Positions 9,377-18,380 of a DNA stretch of 18,380 bases are shown here, one piece after another. Source of the DNA: Vitrella brassicaformis CCMP3155 (Eukaryota > Protista > Chromerida); the NCBI GenBank assembly GCA_001179505.1, contig CDMY01000809.1, positions 1-18,380 on the forward strand, in the 5' to 3' direction. Position numbers and translations under genes: made by a program. The notes under the pieces were generated by a model, which did no database searches, was not told the origin of the DNA, and was given only the letters and a program-made list of their open reading frames with translations. Positions within the stretch are counted from its first letter, which is position 1. Each line of letters opens with the position of its first letter.

Positions 9377-11356
9377 GTAATAGGCATTGTTGATTGTCGC
9401 ACTGGGAACCGTCTTTGGTAGGCATACCAAGGCGGGGAGAGAAGCCATAGTGTTGCACTAAGGTCAGGGACGACTTTCGTTCATCGATCCTTGATGACAT
9501 TGAAACGCATTACGTGCCCAGCACCCACACATATTTCCATGCATGTTCCATTCTCACTCAAGAGGTTGAGAGAAACAAGAGATGTCGAAAGAGTGCACCG
9601 AAGGGAGCGAGGGGAAGGGGACGGAAATACATTCTTCCTCACCGGGACCCCTTGAAGTATTTTCTTACCAATTGGTTCTTTCTCCCCGTGATCAGAAGTC
9701 TCCGAGTCCCTCGGCTGGCTGGCTGGGGATCGTCTGCATGCTCATTACATCACTTGCATTCCTGCTTGTCTATCCCACATCATTGACGATAAAAGGCCCA
9801 CTTGTTTTCTTCACTTTGAGTGATTTTTCTGAATTGTATTTGCGCCAAAAGACGACAGACGCTCCTTTTTATCGTGGCAGAGTTTTCACAGCGACTCACG
9901 AACCTTTTGGCATGAGCCATGCAAACAGTGTTGTGCGTCCTCCGATCCCGCCATTATCTGCTCGAGAGCCAGCAGAGTCTTTGTGGGCTTCCCCGTGTGG
10001 CAGTCATTTCCCGATATAAAGCAAACACAAGTCACCACAAAGTCCCTGGAGTCATGCGCACAAGAATGTTCTCCGAGCCACGCCGCAAGCCGCCCCGCGA
10101 CGGTCTCGGGTTTTCTCCAGTGGGGATATTAGCCTAGAGAAACGGCACTGGAGCATTCTTCTCGTCTCAGGGGATCCACCCTGACCTTTCATGGTCCCAC
10201 AAAAAAGACCAGAAAATCATTTTCGAAAATCGCTCCAGCCGTTTCTAGCCAACGGCCAAGGTTGGTTTCTCTTGCATCCGAGCTGTTCAGTCCAAACAAA
10301 CCATGCCATGCTGTCGTCTTTCGTCAAAAGGTGGATTCCATGCCCCTTACACGAGCTGCAAAATGGTCAGAAAATGAGGTCGTGTCTCTGACCCCAGGCA
10401 GTGGCCCCTGCTTGTGTCTCTGACACACAGCCGCAGACATCAGGCACGTCACCAGACTCGTGATATCTTTCTCTCCCGAGCCATCCAGACTTCCGAAATC
10501 ACACAGTGTCACTAGCTTACTCCCACAACAAGACGCCCTTGCAAGCAGTTCGTAAGCGTAAGTGGACTTGTGTAATGACTTCTTTTCCTGTCACACAAAC
10601 CACATGTTGAAAGAAAACGGCCTGTGGGTCGTCGGTTTTGACATGGATGTTGAGCGCTGACGGACGACGAGTGGTCGTCCTCGTTCGTCCAGCAGCCCGA
10701 AGGGGAGGAAACGTCCGAAAAGATCGTCCTGGCAATCGAGCTGCATCACCTTCTTTCATCTCTCTGTCGGTCAAGTGCGACTTCCGCTCGGCCTGCCGTC
10801 TGATGGGGTGTCATGCAACAGGAATGGGAAGCCACGCAATGTCATCCCACAGGATCTGCCGCAACTGTGTGCCCATGGGGCAGGCACGATGCTTAAACCA
10901 AGGTCAAGGCACGGGGGGTGATGCAGCACCGCCATCGCCACATCGCAGCCCCCAGACACCCAGCTCTGCCCGCGCTTGGGGAAGTACGGGGTCATAGGAA
11001 GTATCAAAATCTGTCTGGGTCATTTAGGGTCGTTGGCCCATGACTTCTTCTTTTGGTAATTCTGGTGATGCAAGCATTTAAAATCCTTCACCGCCAGTTG
11101 TGTGGGTGGGGTGCACTCTGCAAGTGCCCTTCCACCCCCAAGTCTTCAAAAATGACTCACCATCACATGCACCGATGCAACCATCACGTATGTATCGCCC
11201 CCGTTGCCGTACGTTCTGAAAATTCAGATACCGACCTTTCTCTCACTCTCACGCTCTGATCAGCCGCTGTATGCACACATGCAACATGCACCCTCCTCTC
11301 TGTTTTCCTTGCCTCCAGCCAAGCATACATAGAGCAGTGACGGATCCATCCATGCA

Positions 11357-11741
11357 ACGCCCCTGGTACGTGTACGTTCATCGCATTATCGGCATAGTCA
11401 CACATGCACACCCCTCACCAGCGATTCCCAAGCCGTCACCCCTTCGGACCCCAAACCGCCAGAGCTGATCTGCCACAGCTGAGGCGCACCATAACACAAC
11501 ACACAGACTGTCCATGATGCTCACAACAGAAAATTTTGTCACTGACGCCCCTGGTACGTGTACGTTCATCGCATGGTCGGCACAATTAGACATGCACCCC
11601 TCACCGGCGACTCTCAAGCCCTCACCCCTTCGGGCCGAGAAGTGCCACTGTCGACATGCACTCCTCACCCAATGAAATCGCATCGTCGGCATGCTCGACA
11701 TGCACCCCTCACCGGCGATTCTCAAGCCCTCACCCCTTGGG
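11357..11741. repeat. Imperfect direct repeat cluster (two ~90-bp copies, one ~60-bp copy, one fragment)
   Basis: acgcccctggtacgtgtacgttcatcgcat...catgcac(a)ccctcacc(a/g)gcga(t/c)tc(c/t)caagcc(g/c)tcaccccttcgg at 11357-11447 and 11545-11633. The 3' portion recurs at ~11679-11741, and a fragment cgacatgcactcctcacc at 11652-11669. Confidence 0.9.
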
Positions 11742-11829
11742 CTGCTGACGACGAAAAGCCTCGACTCATCAAAAGAGAATGAAACGCCATGTAAAAAGCG
11801 GGGGTACAAGCACCTCGTCTGTCCACTGC

Positions 11830-14222
11830 CTACACGGACACCTCCATCTGCTGCCCCTCGTCATCACCCTCGTCCTCCTCCTCAATCACCAGCTGCAGCG
11901 GCGGAATGTGCGCCACCCACGGATCTTCGTATTCGTCTTCGGCTGAGTCGACTTTTTTCATGAACAGCGTCACGTCGCCCTGCTTCTCCATGTACTGCGC
12001 AGATAAAGCAGCCACAGGTGAATCACAGTGTTAAACCTCCATCCGTCCTGTTTTCGGACCTGTGCGAACTCCGCGTCGGTCAGCAGGCACTCGTCCAGAG
12101 CCGCTTCCAGCGCTGCAGACAAGAGAGCAGCTATACACTTGCCACAAAGACGCTTCTATCCCCACTGCATACCTTCTTTGTGGCCGGTGAGCTGCCCGAT
12201 GAAGACAATCTCCTGGCGCTTGTCGCCGACCTTGTCTTCAAAGTCCTTGCGGATCTCGGCGCGCACCTTCTCGCGTGTCTCGCCCTCCAAGAAGGCGTCG
12301 GGCCACTGATCCTGCACACACAGACAGACAGTGAGTGAACGATTGGCGACTCGACTGCTGTGTTTGCGTCTGATGGACCTCAGGGGTATCGCAGAGCCAC
12401 AGGCCGGCCGACGTCATGGAGAGGTAGAGACCCGCCTGCGACCACATGATGGAGTCCGGGCGGCTGAAGAAAGGCAAACCCCGCAAACCACTCATAAACT
12501 GTATGTGACTCCCCCAAACAACCCACCAATCCTTCCTTCCTTCCTTCATGTCCGTACCTCGCGAGCCAGGCGTAGCCCTTGGACCGCAGGACAGGCGCCA
12601 TGACGCCCTTCTTGCGGTTGGCCATGGTCTCGCGCACCCAATCCAGGTCCTCCATCTTCACCGCCGACTCCATCTCCTTCTCCTTCTCCTCCTTCTCCTT
12701 CTCGTCGCTCATGCCCCCATCTCCGTCCTCTTCGCCGCCCTCTTCCTCGTCATCATCGTGCTCCTGAACGACCTGAAACGCGCAAACGGTTCAGTTTTCG
12801 ATTTCTTCGCGCCGCATTCACTCACCCAGTATTTGCTGAGGAGCTCGTGCAGCCGGAAGGGATGGAAGGGCTTGCGGCGTTGGTAGATGAAGGACCACAC
12901 GCCGTACACGTCGCTCTCGGACTTCAACTTCTCGGGCTCGCGAATGGACTGCAGCCACCCCGCGGCGTTGGACGCACGGTCCCAGTCGAACAGGTGCGTG
13001 TTGACGATCTCCGAGGGCGAAACCACGCTGTGCACCGTCTGCAGAACCTTCGCCGTGCTGCGTGAAGGGGAGCAAGCAGAGGGTCGATGCACCAAGCGCT
13101 TCTGTCGATATGTGATTGGGTGTGGGGGATGGATGCTTACGGGTTGAGGGTGCGGATGGTCTTCTCGATGCCAGCCAACCGGGCTTCACCGCCGGCCGTC
13201 TTGAGGAGGTCTGAAGGCGAAGACACGCAGCGTCGGGGGGGGTAGGCGTGCCTGGACAGAACTGTGCGTGGCGTGCGGTGTCCGTACCCGTCTTGTTGAG
13301 GAGGATCACATCGGCGAACTCGACTTGCTCGATGAGCAGCTGGCTCAGCGGGCGGTCATCGTCGCCCTTGCACGCCTCGTCGCCCCCCTCGTTGACCAAC
13401 TCGGACATCTGCATAACCAGCTCGAAGTTGCTGCAAACAAACAAGGCACAAAAGCACCAGTCGGAGGGAATACGCAACGGTTGCACAAATACAAATGAAT
13501 GCTCGGGCGCTTGCCTCGCGTCGACGACTGTCACGCAGGTGTCCAGCCGCGATACGTCACGCAGCTTCTTGAGCTTTTCCAGCCCACTCTTTTCCTCATC
13601 GGTCATCTCGCCGTTGGTGTGGTCCTGCCCGTTGGCGTGCCCGTGGACGTGCTCCTCACTCAGATCCATCGCCTACACATCGAGACAAAGCAAGCCAGTC
13701 AATCAATACCTATCTGGTGACCTGTGGTGGTTTGGCTGGCTCGTGATTTCTTTCGCCACTGCATGCGTACCCAGGTCTCCGCGACTTGCATGGGTTCGCT
13801 GATGCCGGTCGACTCCACGAGCAGATAGTCCAGCGATCCGTCCTTGGCAAGCTCCACTACCGCGTCCAAGAGGTCGTCGCGAAGCGTACAGCAGATGCAC
13901 CCTGCAGATAGAAGGTCAGCCCTCACGCGAAGGCAAAGTCAGACAAATCCCAGGCATGAGCGCGTCTCCTCCATGTCCCCGTACCGTTCTGCATCTGCAC
14001 GAGCTTCTCCTCGCGTTGGATCAGCGACGACTTCTCCAGAATCATGCCGTCGATGTTGAGCTGAGCCATATCGTTGACAATCAGGCCGCACTTCATGCCC
14101 TCTTTGGCTGTGAGGATGTGCTTCAGCAAGGTGGTCTTGCCCGAGCCGAGGAAGCCTGAGAGGATGGTCACCGGCAACATTGGACGGGCCGGAGCGGGGG
14201 AGTCAGTGGTGGAGGCATCCAT
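11830..14222 (-). CDS. COG0523 / CobW-family (ZNG1/YciC-type) P-loop GTPase metallochaperone, probably zinc
   Basis: About 10 exons from ATG 14222 ([37 protein letters not shown]) to TAG 11830-11832. Walker A GFLGSGKT; IVNDMA; metal-binding [11 protein letters not shown]; [10 protein letters not shown]; His-containing insert [13 protein letters not shown]; [13 protein letters not shown]; [18 protein letters not shown]; LNP; CobW_C features [48 protein letters not shown]. Confidence 0.95.
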
Positions 14223-14552
14223 TTTCGCCCTGGAACTGGTGAGTCGTCTCGAGATCTGTGCTTGTCCGTCCCGCCTCAGCTGCCTTAGAGAGAGGGTTTC
14301 CCTTGAAACCGCTGCCACCGGAGCGGGAAAGGCATACGGAAGCAATTGCGGAGGGGAGTGAGCCAATTGGTGAGCGGCACTGAGCGCATATTCAAGCCAT
14401 CAACACATTGGCTGCCATTTCCTTTGGTTGTCTGGTGCTCTCAGGTGCATGTCTTATTGATGCGTCAGGCATTGCGTCCTTTCCGCCTCATTTTCTTCAC
14501 CTTGCTCCAGCGACCATTCCTTGACTCGAGATCATCTCCCCTGTACTGCGAG
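14223..14552. promoter_or_regulatory. Putative shared bidirectional promoter / 5' UTR region (330 bp)
   Basis: Lies between divergent ATGs 14222 (-) and 14553 (+). Contains two 8-bp palindromes with a CAATTG core: gcaattgc 14342-14349 and ccaattgg 14363-14370. Confidence 0.5.
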
Positions 14553-16258
14553 ATGTCGTCTTTTGCTCCCGGGAAGCAGCAGACGATGGCACGCATCATG
14601 GATAGCGTGTATGGGCCGCTCACTGACGCCTTTCCATCGCCTATGCCAAAGACGGAAGCAGGTTGATCGAACGATGCTTCACTTTTATCAATCTTATCAC
14701 CAAGTTTGGCACGACTCTCCGCGTCTGTGTTCGGTAGGCCCCACGAGTCAAGGGTCTCAACGCAGATACCTGTGGACGGACGCATTTGCCGTATGCAATT
14801 ATGTGAGCCTCGCCCATAGAGCTGGACAGGAGGGGGATGGTCAGTTGAGGGCCATGTACCTGACCATGGCAGGTAAGATCCCTTCTCGCATCGACTGTCC
14901 GTGCAGTGCTGTTTGTTTTCTTCCTGTCGTCCAGCCCGTCTTATTGACACCGTCCATGCATCACTGGGCACTCCGCGGTCGGAAGAGTACCCCATGATCC
15001 CTTCAGAGCACAACTCGCCGAGCGGCTTCAAGGGGCTTCGCATCGGAAAGGTAGCGAAGGATGCTGCGCATGACTGACTTCGCCGCCGCATGAGCAGCAT
15101 CGATTCTTGACCTTGCAGGTGGACCCTAACACAGACCCCGGGATGCGCGCTGACGGCATGTATTGTAAGCTGAGACACACGTAGACACATCTGTCAGCCA
15201 GTACAAATGCACAAGGTGTGGTGCTTGCCTGCAGGGCACTATGTGGTGAGCCTGTAGTTCCGGGAAGGTGTTGGCCCCGTTTTCACATGTGTTCCGTCTC
15301 AGGATAAGTGGCTGTTTGCGTTGCTGCGGATGTACAACGAGTCGGATGATGCCAAATACCTGAACGCAGCCGTCTCCATCGTCAAAGGTACGGCAGCGCT
15401 GACATCCACGCTCACTCACTCACTCTGTTGTTACGTGTGCTTTGTCCATCTCCTCACAGACATCCACGAAAGCTTCGTGGCCAAGTGGAGGGGCAAGCCC
15501 GTCGGCTTGTATTGGAAGCTGGGTGTGGATCTCAAGACCATTCCTGGAGCTGAGCACACAGCAGCCAACGACGACGCCCTCTCGGCGTACATCGTGTACG
15601 CCCTCATCGACCATCACTACAGCAAGGCAATTCCCGACCACCAGCATCCTCTCAAGCGAGAGATAGACGAGCTGCGCGAGATCCTCAAAGACTACCCCAT
15701 GCCAATGCGCGTCTCGCCTGACCCTCTCGGTAGTATAGGCCCGATTCCCATGCACACTCATTCAGCAGAATTCCCTTTCTCTCCCATCTACGCAGGAGTT
15801 GGGCTGAAGCTGTGGAAGAGTCAGTGGCTGACTGAAAAGGAGGACACACGGCACCCTCACCAATCGGCGGGCGACACCATAGGCCAACTCTTCCTCAAGG
15901 GGGGGCGACAGATCATCGAGCGTGCAACCGACCCGATCGACGAGCCCCTTCCCTTCAGGCTCTACGGTCTCCTGATGGGTAGGCCTGAAGGGAGGTGAAT
16001 GTGGTATTCAGCTCCCTGTGTGATCAATCAGGTATGCGCGTGGCGTGGCGCTCGGACGAAGAGAAGCGGCCCCGTTTCTCCAGGGGCCTCCACTTGGACT
16101 CGGTGCTGTCGCACTGGGAGAAAAAAGAGACGGGCAGCGTAGCGAGCAGCTCGCGGAACGAGCACAGCTGTATCAATCGTGTCATGTTCGTCAGCGCCAT
16201 GGATGGGCTGGCGTGGGAGCGTCGGGTGGACGAACCACTCCTGCCAGTGGATCAGTGA
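14553..16258 (+). CDS. Uncharacterised conserved 'RYLWTDAF' family protein (possibly a six-hairpin-glycosidase-like alpha/alpha fold)
   Basis: Nine exons: 14553-14661, 14738-14872, 14935-15050, 15119-15164, 15235-15245, 15303-15387, 15460-15729, 15796-15978, 16032-16258. All are GT-AG and phase-consistent. Blocks RRYLWTDAFAVCNY, LIDTVHASLG, GLRIGK, DGMYWHYVDKWLFAL, LYWKLGVDL, DPLG, PFRLYGL and HSCINRVMF match in order a family I recall from bacteria, archaea and fungi (RYLWTDAF / GGLRIGK / DGQYFHYLTKWM / MYWKMSIDL / AFRELGL / HRDINEVML). The start codon is less certain. Confidence 0.85.
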
Positions 16259-16740
16259 GTAGGCCGAGAGATGGGATGACTGATGGTATAGTGGCCATCT
16301 TGATGTGCATAAGGGGATTCATCTGTCCATGGACTTCATGTGTGCTCTCACGAAAACGTCTTTTTCGTTGTGAAGGCTCGGCCATCATTCTCTCAGTCCA
16401 TTCCGACATGGTTTCACATGGTTGGCACAGTAGAGCTCCTCGACTAGATACACAACCACTCACACAGCTCCTGTCCAGCCCCGTGCGATGCTAACGTGCG
16501 AATAAGTCACCATACATCACATCATTCACGAATTAGACGTTCGAGTAGGTAGACACGACAGCCTAATGACGCCTATAAGGAGGACACTTCAGCAAAGTAT
16601 GAAACCCATCAGCGGCGTGGGCTGTCCAGCGACAGACGCTGGACAACACAAAATCGCCAAACTTCCTGCGTTCAGATGTCAGCACAGTATTGCGATCAGA
16701 TAGATAGACAGACAGAAATGTTGCACGAAAATCGCCAAAA

Positions 16741-18380
16741 TCATGGCGTCGGCGGCGAACCGCAGGCATACGACTTAACTACAGCTGATGGCTTAAGCCG
16801 CCTGCCCTGTCCATTCACAGGAACGACCTGGTAATATTCACACTCTTCCCGTGCTGCGGGGACGTCCAGCCTGTGTCAGCAGAGGAGATATGCACGTGAA
16901 GGTTGGACGCCTCCATCTGTCTTTCTGTCCTCCCTCCCACCGGTGTTCAAAATGCCGCCGGTCGAGCGTCATGACGAGCTTCTTGGGCGGGGCTGCCTCG
17001 TCCTTGTACACCAACCACTGGGTGTCACCACACAAGGGCACAGAGCAATGAGACGGACCGACACACCACTGACTGATTGCATTTGTGGCTGTCGCACCTT
17101 GGCGACGGTGGTGGCCCCATTCCAGCTGAAGTGGATCCTCGGCATCTTGTCCTTGTTGCTGCTGTCAAGGACGAGGGATGGCGGCCAGTGCGGCTCGCCC
17201 CACCACTGGTCATACGTGTACTTGTGGGCGCTGTGGCTGTTCTGCCCGTCCTCCAAATACATCTCCATCACTACCTCCCCTGTGCACGCAGGAAAGAAAC
17301 GCATGGGTGGGCCACATGTACATTGTCTGTCTGTCTGTGCCCATGCTCCAACCATTCGGTTTGACTTCGGTGTAGAAAGGCGCTGCCCAGTTCCTGAAGC
17401 TGCAACGAGAGAACGGAGCCGTCAGCGGACACAGTGATGCCAAACCAAACACTGAGTGGTCCCTACCCGGGCCCGACTCCCATGCCTCCCCAGCAGACGA
17501 CTGTGTTGCCATTGGCGAGCCTGTATAGAGATCGGACAGACGCAGTCCGTTGGTGTCCTGTACCATGTCAGCTTTCACTGAGTACAGACCTCTGTGTGCT
17601 CCCGTTGGCCAGCGAGTAGATGCTGCGATTGGCACTGTACTGCCAAATCTTAGTGGCGGTTTTGCCCTTGTGGTCGAGCTCGTACTCGACGGCTCTCGCA
17701 AAGCCCTCATCCGACTCGACGTGGTTATCGAGCATTAGAATCCCTGGTGGACAAGGACAGGAAGGCATATGAATGGGCTACTGGTCGACCAGAAGGACGT
17801 GTGCTCATCCGTACTGTTGGTCTCCCTCTCTTGCGCATCGTGCTGCAGAGTGAAGGGGCGGTGCTCGTTGGTGTACTTGAAGTCGCTGAACCCATGATGG
17901 GCGCCGAATCGCCACATGATGTCGCCGGTGCCCCTGTCGACCTTGATCACGCCTATGTGCACGAATGCCACGCAGATATGCAATGCTGCTGAGTCCGTGT
18001 GTTGGGTGCTGACCCATGTGCCTGAATGAGATGATGATGTTCCCGTCGGCTGCCCACGACGCAGCGTTAGGATGCTGACAGCAGCATATAGGCATGTTGT
18101 ATGCATGACGAGAGATGAGAGCCTGGCCAGGCCCTCTCCTCACCGCTAGATTGCCATCTTTGTTGCGCACGGTGTATTTGAGCATCTGCTCGACGGTTAG
18201 GTGGTCCCACTAAGCACAAAGAAACCAAGGGGTAAAAATGGGCGCGCACATCTGTGTACGTTAGCTACCATTCGCCATTCGAAAATGACGTTGCCGTGTT
18301 TGTCTTGCTCCGTGACAGTAGCCCCGCGTATGAAGACCCTGTTACCCTTGGCATCGCGGGCCTCTTGCGGGTCGACGTGG
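16741..18380 (-). CDS. Arylsulfotransferase (ASST, PAPS-independent, beta-propeller); 5' part lies outside the window
   Basis: Spliced frame: ...VTEQDKHGNVIFEWRM|WDHL...|HPNAASWAADGNIIISFRHMG|VIKVDRGTGDIMWRFG...QHDAQ...|ILMLDN...ARAVEYELD...KIWQY...ANGSTQR|LANGNTVVCWGG...|...PRIHFSWNGATTVAK|WLVY...RRHFEH|...YYQVVPVNGQGRRLKPSAVV...*, with TGA at 16743-16741. The HxN, SxRH, QHDA, GSxQRLxNGNT and SWNGAT motifs are typical of ASST families. Confidence 0.88.

Noticed and set aside
9582-10019. 145-aa plus ORF with a hydrophobic stretch
   Set aside because: No recognisable motif or splice support, and an intronless gene would be atypical here. Kept only as part of the gene-poor region.
11104-11137. 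GC-rich hairpin as a Helitron 3' end or terminator
   Set aside because: The stem is interrupted and no CTRR terminus follows at the expected distance.
11357-11741. CRISPR-like reading of the repeat-spacer pattern
   Set aside because: Units are 60-90 bp, degenerate and irregularly spaced, there are only three, the context is eukaryotic, and no cas genes are present.
14465-15190. 241-aa minus-strand ORF
   Set aside because: Antisense shadow of the RYLWTDAF gene.
1-18380. rRNA, tRNA or intact transposase/reverse transcriptase genes
   Set aside because: None recognised by eye. tRNAscan-SE and Infernal would be needed to exclude small RNAs.

Overview
Eukaryotic, intron-dense, compact DNA with short (about 45-140 nt) GT-AG introns rich in GT/CA and CAGA/TCTG runs. 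The style resembles the chromerid alveolate Vitrella brassicaformis; this is inferred from style only. I spliced the genes by hand and found six. (1) RNF10/Mag2-type RING E3 ligase, 492-5334 (+). (2) Hypothetical low-complexity gene, ~5677-6487 (-), with an apparent 1-nt frameshift. (3) A protein with 12 imperfect 'LRxxHFxLG + T/SxYxxxF' repeats, 6586-9376 (+), probably a TEX45/SAXO5-like microtubule inner protein. (4) COG0523/CobW-family GTPase metallochaperone, 11830-14222 (-), with a probable GC-AG intron. (5) An uncharacterised 'RYLWTDAF'-family protein, 14553-16258 (+), head-to-head with the metallochaperone and dependent on an 11-nt microexon. (6) The 3' part of a PAPS-independent arylsulfotransferase (ASST), 16741->18380 (-). 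About 2.4 kb (9377-11829) has no recognisable gene and contains a three-copy direct repeat and a small inverted repeat. The best candidates for something new are the metallochaperone/RYLWTDAF divergent pair with its ASST neighbour, and the repeat protein. Most ORFs in the supplied track are antisense shadows or intron read-through. No database searches were run; family assignments rest on recalled motifs.
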